Below are positions 1-10,700 of a stretch of 64,000 nucleotides of DNA, piece by piece. Both the position numbers and the translations under genes were made by a program. Positions within the stretch are counted from its first letter, which is position 1. Each line of letters starts with the position of its first letter. Source of the DNA: Bilabrum cf. latius (taxonomy: Eukaryota); NCBI GenBank assembly GCA_965178125.1, contig OZ237766.1, forward strand, positions 620,001 through 684,000, in the 5' to 3' direction. Under the pieces are notes generated by a model, which worked only from the letters and a program-made list of their open reading frames with translations, was not told where the DNA came from and did no database searches.

Positions 1-243
1 GGAGGGGAGGTCGCGCTGGCCGTGGCGGTGCAGGGTCCGCAAGCGGTGGCTGGAGGGGAGGTCGCGCTGGCCGTGGCGGTGCAGGGTCCGCAGGTGGTGG
101 CTGGAGGGGAGGTCGCGCTGGCCGTGGCGGTGCAGGGTCCGCAGGCGGTGGCTGGAGGGGAGGTCGCGCTGGCCGTGGCGGTGCAGGGTCCGCAGGCGGT
201 GGCTGGAGGGGAGGTCGCGCTGGCCGTGGCGGTGCAGGGTCCG
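1..243 (+). repeat. 51-bp coding tandem repeat (~4.8 copies visible, truncated by window start)
   Basis: Unit ggaggggaggtcgcgctggccgtggcggtgcagggtccgcaggcggtggct starts at 1, 52, 103, 154 and 205. Confidence 0.95.
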
Positions 244-1256
244 TAGCCGGGGTTCGGCGTGACTTAGACAAAGTGGCTGTGGCTGCCGATGAAGTAGCTC
301 GCTTAATTTCTCATGATGTGTACGTGATGTGCACCGTAGATTTTTGGGACGATAGTGGATCAGCTCTCCTCCAGCTCAGTTTGCCAGGTGGCAAGAGACG
401 GCTGGGGGAGACTGAGGCCCACTGTGCAGTGAGAGAATTCAACGAAGAGGTGCAAGGACTGTCCACCTCATATGACAGACTGAGGCGAGGGACTCGAGGC
501 ATCTTGCATGGAGGGCTGCGATCTGAAAGTGGGTTCATCCGACCGGACGGCAAGATGATTTTCCTCGTCGGAGATGACGCTATAGAAGTGGAACGGTCCG
601 ATGGGTCGGCAGCCGATCCTGCCATGGCATCCGCTGCTGCAGCCGGTACGACTACGGCTGCATCGGCCGGTGCGTCGGCAGCCGATCCTGCCATGACACC
701 CGCTGCTGCAGCTGGTACGACTACGGCTGCATCGGCCGGTGCGTCGGCAGCCGATCCTGCCATGACACCCGCTGCTGCAGCTGGTACGACTGCAGCTGGT
801 ACGACTACGGCTGCATCGGTCGGTGCGTCGGCAGCCGATCCTGCCATGGCATCCGCTGCTGCAGCCGGTACGACTGCAGCTGGTACGACTGCAGCTGCAT
901 CGGTCGGTGGGTCGGCAGCCGATCCTGCCATGGCATCCGCTGCTGCAGCCGGTACGACTGCAGCTGGTACGACTGCAGCTACATCGGTCGGTGGGTCGGC
1001 AGCCGATCCTGCCATGGCATCCGCTGCTGCAGCCGGTACGACTGCAGCTGGTACGACTGCAGCTACATCGGTCGGTGGGTCGGCAGCCGATCCTGCCATG
1101 ACACCCGCTGCTGCAGCCGGTACGACTGCAGCTGGTACGACTGCAGCTACATCGGTCGGTGGGTCGGCAGCCGATCCTGCCATGACACCCGCTGCTACAG
1201 CCGGTACTACTGCAGCTGCCTCGGCCGGTGCGTCGGCGGCTGACCCTTCCACCTAA
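3..1256 (+). CDS. 5'-partial gene: RGG-rich repeats + Nudix-hydrolase-like domain + Ala/Thr/Ser repeat tail
   Basis: Frame 3 is open from the window start (RGGRAGRGGAGSAGGGW repeats) into ORF 273..1256. It contains a Nudix box-like LPGGKRRLGETEAHCAVREFNEEVQG. It ends at TAA 1254-1256, but the frame stays open to TGA 1461-1463, so the 3' end is uncertain. Confidence 0.65.
   Translation, partial: RGGRAGRGGAGSASGGWRGGRAGRGGAGSAGGGWRGGRAGRGGAGSAGGGWRGGRAGRGGAGSAGGGWRGGRAGRGGAGSVAGVRRDLDKVAVAADEVARLISHDVYVMCTVDFWDDSGSALLQLSLPGGKRRLGETEAHCAVREFNEEVQGLSTSYDRLRRGTRGILHGGLRSESGFIRPDGKMIFLVGDDAIEVERSDGSAADPAMASAAAAGTTTAASAGASAADPAMTPAAAAGTTTAASAGASAADPAMTPAAAAGTTAAGTTTAASVGASAADPAMASAAAAGTTAAGTTAAASVGGSAADPAMASAAAAGTTAAGTTAATSVGGSAADPAMASAAAAGTTAAGTTAATSVGGSAADPAMTPAAAAGTTAAGTTAATSVGGSAADPAMTPAATAGTTAAASAGASAADPST
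603..1250 (+). repeat. coding minisatellite, 60/75-bp units (SAADPAM[AS/TP]AAAAGTT[AAGTT]xA...)
   Basis: About 9 copies of gtcggcagccgatcctgccatg..., with an optional 15-bp subunit gactgcagctggtac. Confidence 0.93.
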
Positions 1257-3427
1257 GAAGTGTCAGGAGTTGGAGAGGAACAAGAAGGGGACGCCGGCAC
1301 AGGCGACCATAGTGCGGTGTCGATGGGAGAGCATAATGGGAGGAAGGGGGTTTCAGGTGCAAGGCACGAGGGGGACGCGAGTGGCAGCGGGCTGCATGGC
1401 CAGCGGCGTGCAGAGGGGGCGCATGGCAGGTTGGCCAGGACCTGCAAATGCAAGCTAAGATGATCGGCCAAAGGTGGCGACGCAGTCGTTCGGGGTGGAG
1501 CCCGGTAGGTCCATGGGACCGGGGGCAGGATTTTTTATTTTTGGTAACTGCTAATCAGTGGGGGTTGCATTAGCCGTAAAGATTAGCCAATGGGTGTGAT
1601 TGAAGTAATAAATCTGATGTATATGTAGTCTAGGTCTGATAACATCCAGGATATTTAAACCTAGACTAAATAAAAAGGCTTAGACATCTACACCACGTTA
1701 TAATCCGGATGCTAACGCCGAATGGGGTTTGGGGTTGATGTGACGATCCGATGCGTTCGAGACTCGAACACACAGTACACAAAACGAAATGGATTAACCG
1801 TAAACCATGAAAATCTGATCCAAAAGATGGTCTATGAATGCTAATCCAAAAGATGGTCTATGAATGCTGCTCCTCCTGGTCAAGGGCTTTATACGTGGGA
1901 GCGCACAAATTTGCTTGAGGTGGTCAAAAGGTCCAAGAACTTCACCATGGCAGATCTCGCCAGGGTGGTGCGCAAAGCACGCCCCTTCGCGATGGCCAGG
2001 GTGATCGACCCGAGTGGCCTGAGCAAGGTCATCGACAGGAAGGACATCAAGCTGACGCACTCGGACTTTCCAGAGGGCCATTGAGGACTCGCATCCAGCC
2101 TCTGGGGTGGTATCGTTGACAACAACGAGTCGTTCAGCTCAAGCCACGGGGGTTGCCTGCTGTGCTGCTTCTCCCTGGAGTTTCTGCATATCTGGAGCTC
2201 CCACCGTAGAGGGCGGGGGCTGTATAAGACCGGCATGGTCCGGGTCAAGGCCATCTGCAACGCCCCCAGCACCTCCAACCCCTTCAGCTGGTAGCCCTCC
2301 TGCCGGGATCGCAGCCTGCACGACTCCGCTTGTGCTTCCGCTTTGGTGAGGCCAGCAAGGTCTCTGAGATTGGATCTTGTAATGCTTGCTCGGAGTTCAG
2401 TAACAAATGTGTAGACCCCACCAGTAATTGGTGCCGAGAAAGAGAGCGACGGGGCACAGGACCAGCGTTAGACTCCCGCCGCGGAGTCGCCTGGTCCACT
2501 GGGTCGCCTCCCGCGACCCCTGCCGGCACGGCCAATGCGCCCCGTCGTCTCAGGGAATAGACCTCTCTGCCAATGGGTCAATCAATTCACACAATCACTA
2601 CATCCCCAGGCAGCCCTCTTAGCTGCCTCCCCTTTTGCCGGGTCGTGGTGGGTGGGTGGGTGGGAGAGAAGAAAGCTACTGGCTTAGGCTGCATCTGCAT
2701 TTCTTTGCTAATCCTGTCTAGCGCAGAGGCTGATCTCTCTCTTTCCACGTGTAGACTCCGAACCGGAATGACACCTCGCCGGTCGATCACAAGATCAGTG
2801 ATCACGCCAGTATCAGCTGAACGTTCGCGAACAAACAGCTGACCCCGCCGGAGGTCGCGCGGTGGGCGCAGGACCCGCTCGAGGTGCAGGCTCAGATGCG
2901 ACGTAGCGATGCGGAGGAGAAAGTAGTATATATGTTTGAGTCAAAGCACACATTTCCAAATTACAGCAGGAAAAAGAGAGAAATCGGCAGTGATGAAAAG
3001 CAGGAGCGGCGGCTGACTCGGGGTGGGCGAGGTGAGGGCACGGCAGAGAGCTAGAGAGAGGGGTGACGGTTCACCAAGTGGGTGAGGGAGTGGAGGAAGA
3101 GAAGATATTGGTTATAATTGGTGGGGTCATCGGGCTGATACGGCAGAGTGGAAGGGGGAAGCACAGGCCGGGCAGGTGGAGGCGTTGACATGTCACACGG
3201 TGGGTGACAAGTGGCTCGGATCAGGGCAGACCGGATCACCGACCACATGCGGGTGAGAAAGTTGGGAGAGTACCCGACCCGGCGAAATTGTACGAACTTT
3301 CGTAAGGTTCGGTGACGAAATTTCGCAAGGTTGGCATTCAACTGTACGTATCTGCTGTAAAATCAAGTATTTGTTAAAATAAAACCTCTTTATGTATATT
3401 AGTATAGTTATTCAACTATTACAGTAG

Positions 3428-3627
3428 NNNNNNNNNNNNNNNNNNNNNNNNNNNNNNNNNNNNNNNNNNNNNNNNNNNNNNNNNNNNNNNNNNNNNNNNN
3501 NNNNNNNNNNNNNNNNNNNNNNNNNNNNNNNNNNNNNNNNNNNNNNNNNNNNNNNNNNNNNNNNNNNNNNNNNNNNNNNNNNNNNNNNNNNNNNNNNNNN
3601 NNNNNNNNNNNNNNNNNNNNNNNNNNN
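3428..3627. other. assembly gap (200 N) flanked by a redundant ~630-bp overlap
   Basis: 2798..3427 is repeated at 3628..4268 with scattered small indels. Confidence 0.9.
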
Positions 3628-4113
3628 GTGATCACGCCAGTATCAGCTGAACGTTTCGCGAACAAACAGCTGACCGCCTGCCGAGGTCGCGCGGTGGGCG
3701 CAGGACCCCGCTCGAGGTGCAGGCTCAGATGCGACGTAGCGATGCGGAGGAGAAAGTAGTATATATGTTTGAGTCAAAGCACACATTTCCAAATTACAGC
3801 AGGAAAAAGAGAGAAATCGGCAGTGATGAAAAGCAGGAGCGGCGGCGACTCGGGGTGGGCGAAGGTGAGGGCATGAGGGCACGGCAGAGAGCTAGAGAGA
3901 GGGGTGACGGTTCACCAAGTGGGTGAGGGAGTGGAGGAAGAGAAGATATTGGTTATAATTGGTGGGGTCATCGGGCTGATACGGCAGAGTGGAAGGGGGA
4001 AGCACAGGCCGGGCAGGTGGAGGCGTTGACATGTCACACGGTGGGTGACAAGTGGCTCGGATCAGGGCGACCGGATCACCGACCACATGCGGGTGAGAAA
4101 GTTGGGAGAGTAC

Positions 4114-7100
4114 CCGACCCGGCGAAATTGTACGAACTTTCGTAAGGTTCGGTGACGAAATTTCGCAAGGTTGGCATTCAACTGTACGTATCTGCTGTAA
4201 AATCAAGTATTTGTTTAAAATAAAACCTCTTTATGTATATTAGTATAGTTATTCAACTATTACAGTAGTATTACCTCCTGAATACAAGCGGTGGGCGAGA
4301 TTCAAGGTGTGCAAACATTTGCCTCCGCCACGCAGCTGGTGCTCGATCCCTTGCGGGTCACGAAAGCATGCCACATGAAATGGCAACGATATCTTCAAAA
4401 CATGTCCCAAAATACACATATAACGAATACTATTATATATATTAGATAATAAATAATTGATATCACTGTATTTGGGTACCTGGGTCCCAAACTGACAGTC
4501 TGTACTAGCCCTCAACTCGACGGCCCCCAATCTCTTAGGTTCGATTTTCAAGTGGCAAATACAAAAATACGTCCTCCGTTTTTTATCCCATACTTAATCC
4601 ACAAATTAAGTAGGTAATATAATTGCTATGACAGTCTTGAGCGGCTCCGCAATATTATTCTCTAGCAGAAAATGTGAAGAACGTTGACTCCACCCGACGT
4701 TGCTGAGCTCGACTCATCGAAAATTGTCCAATCAAAAATTAGAACAATGCTGCCCCTAAAGGTTGTAGTCGGCTCTGTTCTTATAATAATACTTACTAAA
4801 TATACGATTAGGTGGTCTAGAGCGAACTTTTAGGCAACTGGAGAAATTTTATCAAGGGAATTTCCAGGTACCCCAACAGCATTGAATCGAAGCTCTATAG
4901 GAATAATACAACGTATTTGCTTCCCACATGCCAAAATTTGATGTTTATATGATCGTTACACACAATGGATTCGCGAGTCTTGTGCTAAACGTTGAAAGTA
5001 CCCCTAATTGTTTAATTTTCCTGTCACCATGGCTGAGCGTCCATGTGTCAAGGGTTGGCAGAATGCATCGTGTTGCTCACTAATGCAATGTCTTTTACCC
5101 CACATCGCCATCGATATAACATGTGTACATGCATATATATACTATGTAGTGGTAACTGAATCAATCATAGCGCATGCATCCAAATATCTGACGAAGCTCG
5201 AACCCGTAATAATTTCTGAAATATGTCTATGCCAGGCGTACAGAAGTGTTTTTTGGATTGTTTATGATACCCAAGCTATCATATTATACTATTTACACAT
5301 GTATGTAACACCTAAAGGTGATAAAGAGTTCATTATGCGCCGATCAGTGACTTTGTATGCTAGCAGCTGCTGCGCCACCAGGCACCCTTTCCATGATTTC
5401 GAAGCTATATTGCGTCTTAATGACCTCATATTTAATCAATATTGTCATATATATATACACTAGTATTGTAGCAAGTATGAACCAATTTGAGTGCAGTGAA
5501 AGTATGGACGTGTGTTCAATGTGCTGTTGGCGAACACATGCTGCATATATGAAGCTTGGGCCAAATCTGTTCGCAATAATAATAGTTCAGCACCTGGTAC
5601 ATACTAATAGATTAATATATTAGAATAAATGGGCAGCAGATAGTGCTTTCATGAAAATATAAGGAAGTTTTGACTCTAGGAACAGAGTCCCCAAGTTGGT
5701 GTCTGACGCTTTCCAGGCTATGTGGTTCAGTCTACAATTCCATGCTGAATAAGGAGTACTTGGAGCTATGAATACGTGTATACATATTTTGTATTCATAT
5801 TTATCATAAAGTAGCTTCAATATTGAGTTTGAGTCTATATTTGGCAAGATATCGAACGTGCACAACGGTCGGTGCACTTGGGCTTGTAGCATGCAAGCTG
5901 GTGGGCTAAGCAATGACACAGCAGTTCGATTTGCACAAGAGGACGAAGAAGCTGCAATCTTGTTGGTGGATTGTTTATGCACATAATGACCTATCTAGGG
6001 CGTAGATCAGCTGGAATCCCTAATGTTTGAGATGTACTTGACATGACTTGCAGGCTCCACACAAATCCTCGCACCACTTGCCATGGATCAACCATACTGT
6101 CGCACTTATCTTCCACAATACACGACGGAAGCCTTCCATGACAGCCTCACTATAAGTATTATATGCTATACATTGCATGCATGCCTTCATTTAGATAACC
6201 CAGCAATGAATGAAGCTCTACAGGAATTCAACCGCGGGCCTTGGTTGGTCTCTGTCAGAAACTTGATCCGATACTAGGAGTTCGTTTACTGCCTGAAATC
6301 ATGAAACAGGATTGTTTCAGCTATTGCTCCCAAAACCTATGTAGATAATACTATAATACATACTATACGTGAGGCCATGTATGTGTTAGTGCTTTACGTG
6401 GGCATATTATTGCGCTCAAAGTTGGCGATGGCGTGGGCCTGTCAGCAACCACTCCAACCTTGTCTTGACTTCCCCGCTCCTTTCTAGCTTGCTCAGTCTA
6501 AATTTGCTTACACAATCCAATTGGGTATGTATTGTGCCTATGTTAAACGTGGGCGAATGATTCATTTGCAGTCTTCCGTTTATTTTGCTTGGATACGTCA
6601 GATTCTTGCTACAGTTTCTGCAGGCTGCCCTGCACAGCGCAGTTGACTAGAGCAGACATTTAATATTTCATGATGCTGCAGCATTTAAATGCTTGATGGA
6701 TGAGTACATTAGAGAATGGCAGCACTCAATCGATGAGGAATATTGTTTTACTTGAACTATGCCGTATTCATGTCAAGGGCAAGAATCGGTCGATTCGCGT
6801 GGCAACTTTCCTAGGCGTATAACTCCACAAATTAACATTCAGACGGTAATTCACGTTGTACCATGCTTTATATACCAATAAACAAAACAATGAGATTAAA
6901 ATTTAGCAACTTAGGGTCCTAAATTCGACATTTGAGGAGTGAATTGATGATCAGCACAAGCCACCGCACTCCCGTGAATCTGGTCAGAGAGCCTATTCCA
7001 GCAAACTTAGAAATGCTTATGCTATATTCAGTAGCCTATACACATTATATATATACAGTAATGTAATAGAGTTTACAATCACTATCATTATTTTTATAGT

Positions 7101-7528
7101 TTACCTGCAGCGGCTGATTCACTGGCAGTCTGGCCAAGGCGCAATTCTGGTGTGAAATTATTTAAGATAACATTTCTCGGCACAACAATATAACTGGCGG
7201 GACGTAAATTGATATTTTACTAAAAGATATAGTATAATTACACTGGTAGTTGAATTACTACGCATTAACTATTAGTTCGGCAGAAACAGAGCTTTGAAAA
7301 AAACGGGTCATCGTCAGAGCAAATTTTTTGCTACGCCACACAAAGCATCAATGGAATACTCTAGCGGCTAGCTAGCCGCCCAATACGTAGTTAGTAGACC
7401 TACCAAACCATATCAATTAACAATTGCTTAATTGGTATTCATTTAGACTTCAAATCTCGACCCGATCCGGAGGGGTACCAATCACCGAAATCCCGGAAGT
7501 GCCGAAAGTTGGGATTTCGCCGGGTCGG
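4114..7528. mobile_element. 3,415-bp AT-rich DNA transposon (TIR element), copy 1; probably non-autonomous/degenerate
   Basis: 15-bp TIRs CCGACCCGGCGAAAT...ATTTCGCCGGGTCGG; 4-bp TSD GTAC at 4110-4113 and 7529-7532; subterminal repeats (cgaactttcgtaaggtt / cgaaatttcgcaaggtt); appears identical to 56301..59715; much lower GC than host genes; no long ORF. Confidence 0.93.
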
Positions 7529-7777
7529 GTACAATTAAACTTAATCTTAATAGATTAAGCGGCAAGCAAGCCACGTGTTACAGTGCTATTCAAGAGCTGC
7601 CCGGGCAGCGCCCGACGTTTTATTTAGTCCGATAGCTTGACGAGTGGTTAAATCAAATTCTGTGCGGGAAATTCATCCTCTACAAAAGAGATGGAGGATA
7701 AAGCTAAGAATGGATCCGGATCAGATCCCCCCGGATTCGGATAGAGCTAGCGACGAGCACCCCCAAGCAACGCGGCA

Positions 7778-10700
7778 TCAGTCCCTAGTCCTCTGTCCCC
7801 TCACTGGCTGTTCCAGAGCAGCCTGCATGCGGGCGAACGCTAGGTATGGCAGCGGCTGGCAATGCACCAGCCTGACGAACTCGGCTGGCTGCAGGCCCCT
7901 CAGCCCTTCCTGCAGATACCTGGGAGTCATTAGAGCCCTGGCCACGCCTGTGGACCCCTGTTGCCGCATCATAGGCAGCAGCAGGGACAGCAGGTACAGG
8001 CAAGTCCTCACTAGTACAGCCAGCCCGCCCACCCCGGGGGCCACCTCACACTCCTCGTCCACGTCCTCGGCAGCGATGGGCGGGGGCAGGAAATCGATCA
8101 GCGCGGCCCAGACCTGGTCATCCTCCTCCCCGTCCTCCTCTTCCTCCTCGTTATCTCCATCGCCGCCCCCGCGCCGACCGCTACCAGCCCCACCGCCCAG
8201 ATCCCAGCCCTGCCGCCCGCCCCGCCCGCCACCGGACCCCCCTTGCCCCTGGCTGCCAGCCGTCATCCACCGCAGCACGCTCCATCCCCCCGTGCTGCCC
8301 CTGCCCGATGCAGAGCCCCCCGCGCCTGCCCTCTGCCTCTCCTTCTCCCTCTCTTTCTCCCGCCGCCTGTCCTCCTCCTCGGCCTGCCCATGCACCGCCC
8401 TCGCTGTCCCAGGCGCACGGGGCTCCAACAGGCCGGCAGCGGCTGCCAGCGGCTGTGGCAAGAGGAACTGGTCCATGAGTGCCGCTGCCAGAGGGGCCGG
8501 CAGGATACCCACGAAGAAGGGGATAAGCCACTTAGGCAGGTACTGCGAGTGCACCTCGGGCACAACGGCCCCCAGCTCACGATCAAGCCTGGCCTCGTGC
8601 TCCTGCTGCCGCCGCAGCTGCCTGTGCAGCACGTCGGGCGCGCCTGCCAGCGGCCCGAAGCGGGGGGACTAGTCCTGTCCCTGTCCCTGTCCCTGTCCCT
8701 GCCCCTGCGATGATGACTCGATTGCGTCGGAGTTCTGAATCGCTTGCTGTTGCTGCTGCTACTGTCGTTGGTCCCCGCTTGGGCTGGCGCCGGTGGACCG
8801 TCCTGCCCCCGGCAGCAGCAGCACACTGCTGGGCGACGAAGACGAGCCCGGGGAAGAGGACAGCTTCTCGCCACTTTGTCCACCACTACCGCGGCCCGCA
8901 CCGCCCTTGCCCATACTTGTCTTGGTCCCCCACCTCTGGCTCGCATCGGGCCCCTCCCTGCCCAGCGCCATCAGCGCAGCCGCGGCGGCGTCCTCAGAGG
9001 GAACAAGGGAGCTCCATCCCAGCGAGCCGTCGTGCGGGCCACCAGTGGATCCCAGGCCGCTCCCGCTCCGCCCTCCTGACCCAAACCCACCTCCACCTCC
9101 ATTACATCCTCCTCCACTGGACTGCCCCTGCCTGCCCTATCCGGTGAGTCTCCAGAGCGCGTGAGGGGCCACCAGCTCGACCGAGTCCTTGCTGCAGAGG
9201 CGCAGGTGCACCTCTGGCAGGGCCTGCCTCACCACCACCCCGAGGTGCTCCGCCAGCATCGCCGTGGTCCTTGCGCCCTGCGCGTGCGGATAGAAAGCGT
9301 ACAGCTCTGGCCTCACGAAGAGCAGGCTATGCGCGCACAGGAAGGCAGTGTAGGGGTCCCTGACACAGGCCAGCAGCAGCCCGCAAATCTGGTTCATGCC
9401 CTAAGTGTACCCATGGTCCGGCCTCGAGGCAGCCAGCGCCAGCATCACATCCCTGAGGGCTGGCCTGAGTGCCCCGCCCACTGCATACAGCTGTGACCTG
9501 CCCATGGTCCTCGATATGTCCTTGATCATGGTCTCGATCTCCTTCTCCTCGCGACCACGTACGTAGGACAGAGCGCCCTGCGAGTCGCCCGCTCGATCCA
9601 CCGGTGGATCCGATCCATCCCCTGAGCCCTGCCCCTGCCCCAGACCTTGCCCCTGCGCCTACCCTTGCCCTTGCCCCACGGACCCGCTCATCTCCCTGCT
9701 CCATGACCTCCCAAGGCCCCCCTAAGGAGAAGACGCCCCCCCCAGCCTGGGGGACATCCCCTGCCCTGCACCCCTGCCCCCCGCCGCGTTGACCTTTCGC
9801 AGCTGTTTGGCCACCCTGCCCCTCGCGTGCCTGCCCCTGGCCAAACACGTGCGGAACAGCGCCGGCGAGACGTGCCCCGCATTGCCCACCGCCAGGGGAT
9901 ACACCACCTCCCTCATCGCGTGGGGGACCCCCCTGTGCCAAGCAGCCAGCGCCCGCCTCGCCCCCGGCCCCACGAGACATTCGGGCCACGCGCCCACCAG
10001 CCGCACCCACTCGGGACACCTGCCCTCCTCCGCGGCTGCTCCCGCCGCCCGCTCGTGCCGGCCCTGGCTCCGCGCCGCTTTGACCAGCTGCTGGGGCGAG
10101 TGCAGGGTCCTGGGCAAAGTGCCCCCGCTGAGGCGCAATGCGTCCACCCCCGGTTTGGCCACCATCTCCCGACCGAGCATGGAGGATCGCCGCATGGCAC
10201 CTTCATCCTCATCTTCATCCTCATCTGCCTCCCCCCGGCTGCCCTTACGGCCTCTGCCCCGGCCCTCCTCACCGGCGCCATCGCCACCCTCCTGTTTGCT
10301 CCTCCCGGTCTCCCCCTCAGTCTCGGACTCTGTGTCGCTGAAACCGTCCTGCCCCCGCTTCTTCTTCTGCTGCCCGTAGCCAAGGGCAAGGGCAAACCCG
10401 CGGCCCACGAGCAGACCAAGCATCCTCCTCTCTACCTCGGACTCGTCTGCGCCTGCATCTGCACGTGCACCATCGCGCGATGCAGGAGCCGATGCGTCGC
10501 CCGACTGTGCCTCCCGCCTCGGCTTCCAGTCTCGGTACCGAGGCACCGCGAGCTGTGACGAGTGCGCCGGGCCAAGCACCGCCGGCTGCTGTCTGTCACT
10601 GGCACTGCTGCTGGCACTGCTTGCTCTGCCTTCCGGGTCACCACCTGCCTCACTCACGGCACGTTGGTTCTCCTTCTCGTGCTGCTCGACGGCTCGAGCC

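Noticed and set aside
22-246. ORF 22..246, where repeat copies show CAA/CAG/TAG at one position (tempting code evidence)
   Set aside because: Frame 3 (RGG repeats) is the one continuous with the Nudix ORF; frame 1 hits TAA shortly after, so this was not used as evidence.
2798-4268. Apparent ~630-bp direct repeat, including a third partial transposon left end at ~3274-3427
   Set aside because: The copies directly flank a 200-N gap, share the same insertion junction and differ only by small indels, so this is most likely a scaffolding overlap artefact.
4249-6277. Short ORFs inside the transposon as real genes
   Set aside because: Short, compositionally random and lacking domains; at most they carry fragments of a decayed transposase.
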